The translations under genes were made by a program, and so were the position numbers. Shown here one piece after another: positions 1-13,300 of a stretch of 64,000 nt of DNA; position 1 is the first letter of the stretch, and each line of letters opens with the position of its first letter. The notes under the pieces are model-generated. The model was not told the origin of the DNA, searched no databases, and was given only the letters and a program-made list of their open reading frames with translations. Source of the DNA: the human T2T-CHM13v2.0 reference genome, Homo sapiens; the NCBI RefSeq assembly GCF_009914755.1, contig NC_060925.1. One strand, given 5' to 3'.

Positions 1-2027
1 ATGGAATCAAAAATAACCGTCATCAATTGGTATTGAATGGAATTGTCATCAAATGGAATTCAAAGGAATCATCATCAAATGGAACCGAATGGAATCCTCA
101 TTGAATGGAAATGAAAGGAGACATCATCTAATGGAATTGCATGGAATCATCATAAAATGGAATCGAATGGAATCAACATCAAATGGAATCAAATGGAATC
201 ATTGAACGGAATTGAATGGAATCGTCATCGAATGAATTGAATGCAATCATCGAATGGTCTCGAATGGAATCATCTTCTAATGGAAAAGAATGGAATCATC
301 GCATAGAATCGAATGGAATTAAAATTGAATGAACTCGAATGGAATCAACATCAAACGGAAAAAATCGGTATTATCGAATGGAATCGAAGAGAATCATCGA
401 ATGGACCCGAATGGAATCATCTAATGGAATGGAATGGAATAATCCATGGACTCGAATGCAATCATCTTCGAATGGAATCGAATGGAATCATCGAATGGAC
501 TCGAATGGAATAATCATTGAACGGAATCGAATGGAATCATCATCGGATGGAAACGAATGGAATCATCATCGAATGGAAGTGAAAGGAGTCATCATCTAAT
601 GGAATTGCATGGAATCATCATCAAATGGAATCGAATGGAATCAACATCAAATGGAATCAAATGGAATCATTGAACGGAATTGAATGGAATCGTCATCGAA
701 TGAATTGAATGCAATCATCGAATGGTCTCGAATGGAATCATCTTCAAATGGAATGGAATGGAATCATCGCATAGAATCGAATGGAATTATCATCGAATGG
801 AATCGAATGGAATCAACATCAAACGGAAAAAAACGGAATTATCGAATGGAAATGAAGAGAATCATCGAATGGACCCGAATGGAATCATCTAATGGAATGG
901 AATGGAATAATCCATGGACTCGAATGCAATCACCATCGAATGGAATCGAATGGAATCATCGAATGGACTCGAATGGAATAATCATTGAACGGAATCGAAT
1001 GGAATCGTCATCGGATGGAAATGAATGGAATCATCATCGAATGGAATCGAATAAAATTATGGAATGAAATCCAGTGTGATCATCATCGAATGGACCCGAA
1101 TGGAATCATCATCCAACGGAAGCTAATGGAATCAACATCGAATGAATCGAATGGAAACACCATCGAATTGAAACGAATGGAATTACCATGAAATTGAAAT
1201 GGATGGACTCATCATCGAATGGATTCGAATGGAATCATCGAATAAAATTGATTGAAATCATCATCGAATGGTATCGAATGGTATCATTGAATGGAATCGA
1301 ATGGAATCATCCTCAGATGGAAATGAATGGAATCGTCATAGAATGGAATCGAATGGATTCATTCAATGGAATCAGATGGAATCATCGAATGGACTGGAAT
1401 GGAATCATTGAATGGACTCGAAAGGGATCATTATTGAATGGAATTGAATGGAATCATCGAATGGTCCCGATTGGAATCATTATCAAATGGAATCGAATGG
1501 AATCACCGAATAGAATCGAATGGAACAATCATCGAATGGACTCAAATGGAATTATCCTCAAATGGAATCGAATGGAATTATCGAATGCAATCGAATGGAA
1601 TTATCGAATGCAATCGAATAGAATCATCGAATGGACTCGAATGGAATCATCGAATGGAATGGAATGGAACAGTCAATGAACTCGAATGGAATCATCATTG
1701 AATGGAATCGAATGGAATCATCGAGTGGAATCGAATGGAATTATGATCAAATGGAATCGAATGTAATCATCATCAAATGGAATCAAAAATAACCATCATC
1801 AATTGGTATTGAATGGAATTCTCATCAAATGGAATTCAAAGGAATCATCATCAAATGGAACTGAATGGAATCCTCATTGAATGGAAATGAAAGGGGTCAT
1901 CATCTAATGGAATCGCATGGAATCATCATCAAATGGAATCGAATGGAATCATCATCAAATGGAATCTGATGGAATCATTGAACAGAATTGAATGGAATCG
2001 TCATCGAATGAATTGAATGCAATCATC

Positions 2028-2321
2028 GAATGGTCTCGAATGTAATCACATTCTAATGGAAAGTAATGGAATCATCGCATAGAATCGAATGGAATTAACA
2101 TTGAATGGACTCGAATGGAATCTACATCAAACGGAATCAAGCGGAATTATCGAATGGAATCGAAGAGAATCATCGAATGGTCTCGAATGGAATCATCTTC
2201 TAATGGAAAGGAATGGAATCATCTCATAGAATCGAATGGAATTAACATTGAATGGACTCGAATGGAATCAACATCAAATGGAATCAAGCGGAATTATCAA
2301 ATGAAATCGAAGAGAATCATC
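2028..2321 (+). repeat. 147-bp internal tandem duplication within a satellite unit (also at ~6172-6465 and 62587-62880)
   Basis: GAATGGTCTCGAAT starts at 2028 and again at 2175, each followed by ...TTAACATTGAATGGACTC...GGAATCAAGCGG.... Unit length 1923 = 1776+147. Confidence 0.9.
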
Positions 2322-4385
2322 GAATGGACTCGAATGGAATCATCTAATGGAATGGAATGGAATAATCCACGGACTCGAATGCAATCATCATCGTATAGAA
2401 TCGAATGGAATCATCGAAAGGACTCGAATGGAATAACCATTGAACGGAATCGAATGGAATCATCATCGGATGGAAACGAATGGAATCATCATCGAATGGA
2501 AATGAAAGGAGTCATCATCTAATGGAATTGCATGGAATCATCATAAAATGGAATCGAATGGAATCATCATCAAATGGAATCAAATGGAATCATTGAACGG
2601 AATTGAATGGAATCGTCATCGAATGAATTGAATGCAATCATCGAATGGTCTCGAATGGAATCATCTTCAAATGGAATGGAATGGAATCATCGCATAGAGC
2701 CGAATGGAATTATCATCGAATGGAATCGAATGGTATCAACATCAAACGGAAAAAAACGGAATTATCGAATGGAATCGAAGAGAATCTTCGAAAGGACCCG
2801 AATGGAATCATCTAATGGAATGGAATGGAATAATCTATGGACTCGAATGCAATCATCATCGAATGGAATCGAATGGAATCATTGAATGGACTCGAATGGA
2901 ATAATCATTGAACGGAATCGAATGGAATCATCATCGGATGGAAATGAATGGAATCATCATCGAATGGAATCGAATAGAATTATGGAATGAAATCCAGTGT
3001 GATCATCATCGAATGCACCCGAATGGAATCATCATCCAACGGAAGCTAATGGAATCAACATCGAATGAATCGAAAGGAAACACCATCGAATTGAAACGAA
3101 TGGAATTATCATGAAATTGAAATGGATGGACTCATCATCGAATGGATTCGAATGGAATCATCGAATAAAATTGATTGAAATCATCATCCAATGGAATCGA
3201 ATGGTATCATTGAATGGAATCGAATGGAATCATCATCAGATGGAAATGAATGGAATCGTCATAGAATGGAATCGAATGGATTCATTGAATGGAATCAGAT
3301 GGAATCATCGAATGGACTGGAATGGAATCATTGAATGGACTCGAAAGGGATCATGATTGAATGGAATTGAATGGAATCATCGAATGGTCTCGATTGGAAT
3401 CATTATCAAATGGAATCGAATGGAATCACCGAATAGAATCGAATGGAACAATCATCGAATGGACTCAAATGGAATTATCCTCCAATGGAATCGAATGGAA
3501 TTATCGAATGCAATCGAATGGAATTATCGAATGCAATCGAATAGAATCATCGAATGGACTCGAATGGAATCATCGAATGGAATGGAATGGAACAGTCAAT
3601 GAACTCGAATGGAATCATCATTGAATGGAATCGAATGGAATCATCGAGTGGAATCGAATGGAATTATGATCAAATGGAATGGAATGTAATCATCATCAAA
3701 TGGAATCAAAAATAACCATCATCAATTGGTATTGAATGGAATTGTCATCAAATGGAATTCAAAGGAATCATCATCAAATGGAACCGAATGGAATCCTCAT
3801 TGAATGGAAATGAAAGGGGTCATCATCTAATGGAATCGCATGGAATCATCATCAAATGGAATCGAATGGAATCATCATCAAATGGAATCGAATGGAATCA
3901 TCATCAAATGGAATCTAATGGAATCATCATCGAATGAATTGAATGCAATCATCGAATGGTCTCGAATGGAATCATCTTCTAATGGAAAGGAATGGAATCA
4001 TCGCATAGAATCGAATGGAATTATCATCGAATGGAATCGAATGGTATCAACACCAAACGGAAAAAAGCGGAATTATCGAATGGAATCGAAGAGAATCATC
4101 GAACGGACCCGAATGGAATCATCTAATGGAATGGAATGGAATAATCCATGGACTCGAATGCAATCATCATCGAATGGAATCGAATGGAATCATCGAATGG
4201 ACTCGAATGGAATAATCATTGAACGGAATCGAATGGAATCATCATCGGATGGAAACGAATGGAATCATCATCGAGTGGAAATGAAAGGAGTCATCATCTA
4301 ATGGAATTGCATGGAATCATCATAAAATGGAATCGAATGGAATCAACATCAAATGGAATCAAATGGAATCATTGAACGGAATTGA

Positions 4386-5270
4386 ATGGAATCGTCATCG
4401 ACTGAATTGAATGCAATCATCGAATGGTCTCGAATGGAATCATCTTCAAATGGAATGGAATGGAATCATCGCATAGAATCGAATGGAATTATCATCGAAT
4501 GGAATCGAATGGAATCAACATCAAACGGAAAAAAACGGAATTATCGAATGGAATCGAAGAGAATCATCGAATGGACCCGAATGGAATCATCTAATGGAAT
4601 GGAATGGAATAATCCATGGACTCGAATGCAATCATCATCGAATGGAATCGAATGGAATCATCGAATGGACTCGAATGGAATAATCATTGAACGGAATCGA
4701 ATGGAATCATCATCGGATGGAAATGAAAGGAGTCATCATCTAATGGAATTGCATGGAATCATCATAAAATGGAATCGAATGGAATCAACATCAAATTGAA
4801 TCAAATGGAATCATTGAACGGAATTGAATGGAATCGTCATCGAATGAATTGAATGCAATCATCGAATGGTCTCGAATGGAATCATCTTCAAATGGAATGG
4901 AATGGAATCATCGCATAGAATCGAATGGAATTATCATCGAATGGAATCGAATGGAATCAACATCAAACGGAAAAAAACGGAATTATCGAATGGAATCGAA
5001 GAGAATCATCGAATGGACCCGAATGGAATCATCTAATGGAATGGAATGGAATAATCCATGGACTCGAATGCAATCACCATCGAATGGAATCGAATGGAAT
5101 CATCGAATGGACTCGAATGGAATAATCATTGAACGGAATCGAATGGAATCGTCATCGGATGGAAATGAATGGAATCATCATCGAATGGAATCGAATAGAA
5201 TTATGGAATGAAATCCAGTGTGATCATCATCGAATGGACCCGAATGGAATCATCATCCAACGGAAGCTAA
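4386..5270 (+). repeat. Extra 442-bp copy of the internal 468-bp subunit (also at 8527/8969)
   Basis: Equivalent starts at 4386/4828 and 8527/8969 are 442 bp apart. Junction CATCGGATGGAAATGAAAGGAGTC lies at ~4711-4734 and ~8852-8875. 2218 = 1776+442. Confidence 0.88.
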
Positions 5271-8200
5271 TGGAATCAACATCGAATGAATCGAATGGAA
5301 ACACCATCGAATTGAAACGAATGGAATTACCATGAAATTGAAATGGATGGACTCATCATCGAATGGATTCGAATGGAATCATCGAATAAAATTGATTGAA
5401 ATCATCATCGAATGGTATCGAATGGTATCATTGAAAGGAATCGAATGGAATCATCCTCAGATGGAAATGAATGGAATTGTCATAGAATGGAATCGAATGG
5501 ATTCATTGAATGGAATCAGATGGAATCATCGAATGGACTGGAATGGAATCATTGAATGGACTCGAAAGGGATCATTATTGAATGGAATTGAATGGAATCA
5601 TCGAATGGTCTCGATTGGTATCATTATGAAATGGAATCGAATGGAATCACCGAATAGAATCGAATGGAACAATCATCGAATGGACTCAAATGGAATTATC
5701 CTCAAATGGAATGGAATGGAATTATCGAATGCAATCGAATGAAATTATCGAATGCAATCGAATAGAATCATCGAATGGACTCGAATGGAATCATCGAATG
5801 GAATGGAATGGAACAGTCAATGAACTCGAATGGAATCATCATTGAATGGAATCGAATGGAATCATCGAGTGGAATCGAATGGAATTATGATCAAATGGAA
5901 TCGAATGTAATCATCATCAAATGGAATCAAAAATAACCATCATCAATTGGTATTGAATGGAATTCTCATCAAATGGAATTCAAAGGAATCATCATCAAAT
6001 GGAACTGAATGGAATCCTCATTGAATGGAAATGAAAGGGGTCATCATCTAATGGAATCGCATGGAATCATCATCAAATGGAATCGAATGGAATCACCATC
6101 AAATGGAATCTGATGGAATCATTGAACAGAATTGAATGGAATCGTCATCGAATGAATTGAATGCAATCATCTCATGGTCTCGAATGTAATCACATTCTAA
6201 TGGAAAGGAATGGAATCATCGCATAGAATCGAATGGAATTAACATTGAATGGACTCGAATGGAATCTACATCAAACGGAATCAAGCGGAATTATCGAATG
6301 GAATCGAAGAGAATCATCGAATGGTCTCGAATGGAATCATCTTCTAATGGAAAGGAATGGAATCATCTCATAGAATCGAATGGAATTAACATTGAATGGA
6401 CTCGAATGGAATCAACATCAAATGGAATCAAGCGGAATTATCAAATGAAATCGAAGAGAATCATCGAATGGACTCGAATGGAATCATCTAATGGAATGGA
6501 ATGGAATAATCCACGGACTCGAATGCAATCATCATCGTATAGAATCGAATGGAATCATCGAAAGGACTCGAATGGAATAACCATTGAACGGAATCGAATG
6601 GAATCATCATCGGATGGAAACGAATGGAATCATCATCGAATGGAAATGAAAGGAGTCATCATCTAATGGAATTGCATGGAATCATCATAAAATGGAATCG
6701 AATGGAATCATCATCAAATGGAATCAAATGGAATCATTGAACGGAATTGAATGGAATCGTCATCGAATGAATTGAATGCAATCATCGAATGGTCTCGAAT
6801 GGAATCATCTTCAAATGGAATGGAATGGAATCATCGCATAGAGCCGAATGGAATTATCATCGAATGGAATCGAATGGTATCAACATCAAACGGAAAAAAA
6901 CGGAATTATCGAATGGAATCGAAGAGAATCTTCGAAAGGACCCGAATGGAATCATCTAATGGAATGGAATGGAATAATCTATGGACTCGAATGCAATCAT
7001 CATCGAATGGAATCGAATGGAATCATTGAATGGATTCGAATGGAATAATCATTGAACGGAATCGAATGGAATCATCATCGGATGGAAATGAATGGAATCA
7101 TCATCGAATGGAATCGAATAGAATTATGGAATGAAATCCAGTGTGATCATCATCGAATGGACCCGAATGGAATCATCATCCAACGGAAGCTAATGGAATC
7201 AACATCGAATGAATCGAAAGGAAACACCATCGAATTGAAACGAATGGAATTATCATGAAATTGAAATGGATGGACTCATCATCGAATGGATTCGAATGGA
7301 ATCATCGAATAAAATTGATTGAAATCATCATCCAATGGAATCGAATGGTATCATTGAATGGAATCGAATGGAATCATCATCAGATGGAAATGAATGGAAT
7401 CGTCATAGAATGGAATCGAATGGATTCATTGAATGGAATCAGATGGAATCATCGAATGGACTGGAATGGAATCATTGAATGGACTCGAAAGGGATCATGA
7501 TTGAATGGAATTGAATGGAATCATCGAATGGTCTCGATTGGAATCATTATCAAATGGAATCGAATGGAATCACCGAATAGAATCGAATGGAACAATCATC
7601 GAATGGACTCAAATGGAATTATCCTCCAATGGAATCGAATGGAATTATCGAATGCAATCGAATGGAATTATCGAATGCAATCGAATAGAATCATCGAATG
7701 GACTCGAATGGAATCATCGAATGGAATGGAATGGAACAGTCAATGAACTCGAATGGAATCATCATTGAATGGAATCGAATGGAATCATCGAGTGGAATCG
7801 AATGGAATTATGATCAAATGGAATGGAATGTAATCATCATCAAATGGAATCAAAAATAACCATCATCAATTGGTATTGAATGGAATTGTCATCAAATGGA
7901 ATTCAAAGGAATCATCATCAAATGGAACCGAATGGAATCCTCATTGAATGGAAATGAAAGGGGTCATCATCTAATGGAATCGCATGGAATCATCATCAAA
8001 TGGAATCGAATGGAATCATCATCAAATGGAATCTAATGGAATCATTGAAAAGAATTGAATGGAATCATCATCGAATGAATTGAATGCAATCATCGAATGG
8101 TCTCGAATGGAATCATCTTCTAATGGAAAGGAATGGAATCATCGCATAGAATCGCATGGAATTATCATCGAATGGAATCGAATGGTATCAACACCAAACG

Positions 8201-10399
8201 GAAAAAAGCGGAATTATCGAATGGAATCGAAGAGAATCATCGAACGGACCCGAATGGAATCATCTAATGGAATGGAATGGAATAATCCATGGACTCGAAT
8301 GCAATCATCATCGAATGGAATCGAATGGAATCATCGAATGGACTCGAATGGAATAATCATTGAACGGAATCGAATGGAATCATCATCGGATGGAAACGAA
8401 TGGAATCATCATCGAGTGGAAATGAAAGGAGTCATCATCTAATGGAATTGCATGGAATCATCATAAAATGGAATCGAATGGAATCAACATCAAATGGAAT
8501 CAAATGGAATCATTGAACGGAATTGAATGGAATCGTCATCGACTGAATTGAATGCAATCATCGAATGGTCTCGAATGGAATCATCTTCAAATGGAATGGA
8601 ATGGAATCATCGCATAGAATCGAATGGAATTATCATCGAATGGAATCGAATGGAATCAACATCAAACGGAAAAAAACGGAATTATCGAATGGAATCGAAG
8701 AGAATCATCGAATGGACCCGAATGGAATCATCTAATGGAATGGAATGGAATAATCCATGGACTCGAATGCAATCATCATCGAATGGAATCGAATGGAATC
8801 ATCGAATGGACTCGAATGGAATAATCATTGAACGGAATCGAATGGAATCATCATCGGATGGAAATGAAAGGAGTCATCATCTAATGGAATTGCATGGAAT
8901 CATCATAAAATGGAATCGAATGGAATCAACATCAAATTGAATCAAATGGAATCATTGAACGGAATTGAATGGAATCGTCATCGAATGAATTGAATGCAAT
9001 CATCGAATGGTCTCGAATGGAATCATCTTCAAATGGAATGGAATGGAATCATCGCATAGAATCGAATGGAATTATCATCGAATGGAATCGAATGGAATCA
9101 ACATCAAACGGAAAAAAACGGAATTATCGAATGGAATCGAAGAGAATCATCGAATGGACCCGAATGGAATCATCTAATGGAATGGAATGGAATAATCCAT
9201 GGACTCGAATGCAATCATCATCGAATGGAATCGAATGGAATCATCGAATGGACTCGAATGGAATAATCATTGAACGGAATCGAATGGAATCGTCATCGGA
9301 TGGAAATGAATGGAATCATCATCGAATGGAATCGAATAGAATTATGGAATGAAATCCAGTGTGATCATCATCGAATGGACCCGAATGGAATCATCATCCA
9401 ACGGAAGCTAATGGAATCAACATCGAATGAATCGAATGGAAACACCATCGAATTGAAACGAATGGAATTACCATGAAATTGAAATGGATGGACTCATCAT
9501 CGAATGGATTCGAATGGAATCATCGAATAAAATTGATTGAAATCATCATCGAATGGTATCGAATGGTATCATTGAAAGGAATCGAATGGAATCATCCTCA
9601 GATGGAAATGAATGGAATTGTCATAGAATGGAATCGAATGGATTCATTGAATGGAATCAGATGGAATCATCGAATGGACTGGAATGGAATCATTGAATGG
9701 ACTCGAAAGGGATCATTATTGAATGGAATTGAATGGAATCATCGAATGGTCTCGATTGGAATCATTATCAAATGGAATCGAATGGAATCACCGAATAGAA
9801 TCGAATGGAACAATCATCGAATGGACTCAAATGGAATTATCCTCAAATGGAATGGAATGGAATTATCGAATGCAATCGAATGAAATTATCGAATGCAATC
9901 GAATAGAATCATCGAATGGACTCGAATGGAATCATCGAATGGAATGGAATGGAACAGTCAATGAACTCGAATGGAATCATCATTGAATGGAATCGAATGG
10001 AATCATCGAGTGGAATCGAATGGAATTATGATCAAATGGAATCGAATGTAATCATCATCAAATGGAATCAAAAATAACCATCATCAATTGGTATTGAATG
10101 GAATTCTCATCAAATGGAATTCAAAGGAATCATCATCAAATGGAACTGAATGGAATCCTCATTGAATGGAAATGAAAGGGGTCATCATCTAATGGAATCG
10201 CATGGAATCATCATCAAATGGAATCGAATGGAATCACCATCAAATGGAATCTGATGGAATCATTGAACAGAATAGAATGGAATCGTCATCGAATGAATTG
10301 AATGCAATCATCTCATGGTCTCGAATGTAATCACATTCTAATGGAAAGGAATGGAATCATCGCATAGAATCGAATGGAATTAACATTGAATGGACTCGA

Positions 10400-13300
10400 A
10401 TGGAATCAACATCAAACGGAATCAAGCGGAAATATCGAATGGAATCGAAGAGAATCATCGAATGGACTCGAATGGAATCATCTATTGGAATGGAATGGAA
10501 TAATCCACGGACCCGAATGCAATCATCATAGTATAGAATCGAATGGAATCATCGAATGGACTCGAATGGAATAATCATTGAACGGAATCGAATGGAATCA
10601 TCATCGGATGGAAACGAATGGAATCATCATCGAATGGAAATGAAAGGAGTCATCATCTAATGGAATTGCATGGAATCATCATAAAATGGAATCGAATGGA
10701 ATCAACATCAAATGGAATCAAATGGAATCATTGAACGGAATTGAATGGAATCGTCATCGAATGAATTGAATGCAATCATCGAATGGTCTCGAATGGAATC
10801 ATCTTCAAATGGAATGGAATGGAATCATCGCATAGAATCGAATGGAATTATCATCGAATGGAATCGAATGGTATCAACATCAAACGGAAAGAAACGGAAT
10901 TATCGAATGGAATCGAAGAGAATCTTCGAACGTACCCGAATGGAATCATCTAATGGAGTGGAATGGAATAATCCATGGACTCGAATGCAATCATCATCGA
11001 ATGGAATCGAATGGAATCATCGAATGGACTCGAATGGAATAATCATTGAACGGAATCGAATGGAATCATCATCGGATGGAAATAAATGGAATGATCATCG
11101 AATGGAATCGAATATAATTATGGAATGAAATCCAGTGTGATCATCATCGAATGGACCCGAATGGAATCATCATCCAACGGAAGCTAATGGAATCAACATC
11201 GAATGAATCGAATGGAAACACCTTCGAATTGAAACGAATGGAATTATCATGAAATTGAAATGGATGGACTCATCATCTAATGGATTCGAATGGAATCATC
11301 GAATAAAATTGATTGAAATCATCATCAAATGGAATCGAATGGTGTCATTGAATGGGATCGAATGGAATCATCGTCAGATGGAAATGAATGGAATCGTCAT
11401 AGAATGGAATCGAATGGATTCATTGAATGGAATCAGATGGAATCATCCAATGGACTGGAATGGAATCATTGAATGGACTCGAATGGAATCATTATTGAAT
11501 GGAATTGAATGGAATCATCGAATGGTCTCGATTGGAATCATTATCAAATGGAATCGAATGGAATCACCGAATAGAATCGAATGGAACAATCATCGAATGG
11601 ACTCAAATGGAATTATCCTCAAATGGAATCGAATGGAATTATCGAATGCAATCGAATGGAATTATCGAATGCAATCGAATAGAATCATGGAATGGACTCG
11701 AATGGAATCATCGAATGGAATGGAATGGAACAGTCAATGAACTCGAATGGAATCATCATTGAATGGAATCGAATGGAATCATCGAGTGGAATCGAATGGA
11801 ATTATGATCAAATGGAATCGAATGTAATCCTCATCAAATGGAATCAAAAATAACCATCATCAATTGGTATTGAATGGAATTGTCATCAAATGGAATTCAA
11901 AGGAATCATCATCAAATGGAACCGAATGGAATCCTCATTGAATGGAAATGAAAGTGGTCATCATCTAATGGAATCGCATGGAATCATCATCAAATGGAAT
12001 CGAATGGAATCATCATCAAATGGAATCTAATGGAATCATTGAACAGAATTGAATGGAATCGTCATCGAATGAATTGAATGCAATCATCGAATGGTCTCGA
12101 ATGGAATCATCTTCAAATGGAAAGGAATGGAATCATCGCATAGAATCGAATGGAATTATCATCGAATGGAATCCAATGGTATCAACATCAAACGGAAAAA
12201 AACGGAATTATGGAATGGAATCGAAGAGAATCTTCGAACGGACCCGAATGGAATCATCTAATGGAATGGAATGGAATAATCCATGGACTCGAATGCAATC
12301 ATCATCGAATGGAATCGAATGGAATCATCGAATGGACTCGTATGGAATAATCATTGAATGGAATCGAATGGAATCATCTTCGGATGGAAACGAATGGAAT
12401 CATCATCGAATGGAAATCAAAGGAGTCATCATCTAATGGAATTGCATGGAATCATCATAAAATGGAATCGAATGGAATCAACATCAAATGGAATCAAATG
12501 GAATCATTGAACGGAATTGAATGGAATCGTCATCGAATGAATTCAATGCAATCATCGAATGGTCTCGAATGGAATCATCTTCAAATGGAATGGAATGGAA
12601 TCATCGCATAGAATCGAGTGGAATTATCATCGAATGGAGTCGAATGGAATCAACATCAAACGGAAAAAAACGGAATTATCGAATGGAATCGAAGAGAATC
12701 TTCGAACGGACCCGAATGGAATCACCTAATGGAATGGAATGGAATAATCCATGGACTCGAATGCAATCATCATCGAATGGAATCGAATGGAATCATCAAA
12801 TGGACTCGAATGGAATAATCATTCAACGGAATCGAATGGAATCATCATCGGATGGAAATGAATTGAATCATCATCCAACGGAAGCTAATGGAATCAACAT
12901 CGAATGTATCGAATGGAAACACCATCGAATTGAAACGAATGGAATTATCATGAAATTGAAATGGATGGACTCATCATCGAATGGATTCGAATGGAATCAT
13001 CGAATAAAATTGATTGAAATCATCATTGAATGGAATCGAATGGAATCATCATCAGATGGAAATGAATGGAATCGTCATAGAATGGAATCGAATGGGTTCA
13101 TTGAATGGAATCAGATGGAATCATCGAATGGACTAGAATGGAATCATTGAATGGACTCGAAAGGGATCATTATTGAATGGAATTGAATGGAATTATCGAA
13201 CGGTCTCGATTGGAATCATTATCAAATGGAATCGAATGGAATCACCGAATAGAATCGAATGGAACAATCATCGAATCGACTCAAATGGAATCATCCTCAA

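Larger units (their letters stand above)
600..10400 (+). repeat. ~4.14-kb dimeric higher-order repeat (1923-bp unit + 2218/2221-bp unit), about 2.4 copies; boundaries approximate
   Basis: Landmark spacings are 1923, 2221, 1923, 2218. Private variants recur at 4144/4141 offsets: TTACCATG (1188/5332/9473), GGAATTCTCATC (~1816/5960/10101), ATAGAGCCGAAT (~2696/6840), AATCTATGG (~2833/6977), CGACTGAATTG (~4400/8541). Confidence 0.9.

Noticed and set aside
1241-1246. AATAAA once per unit as a polyadenylation signal
   Set aside because: The hexamer is present (CGAATAAAATTG), but the strand is A-rich, there is no clear downstream GU/U-rich element, and there is no transcript evidence from sequence alone.
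2028-2174. 147-bp duplication equals nucleosome core DNA length
   Set aside because: 147 = 3x(23+26), which follows from the satellite's own sub-periods and breakpoint homology. It is one inherited event, so there is no evidence of nucleosome-linked selection.
12521-13150. Longest ORF (209 aa)
   Set aside because: It is a chance fusion created by the 75-bp deletion removing the usual stop; the product is the same low-complexity translation.
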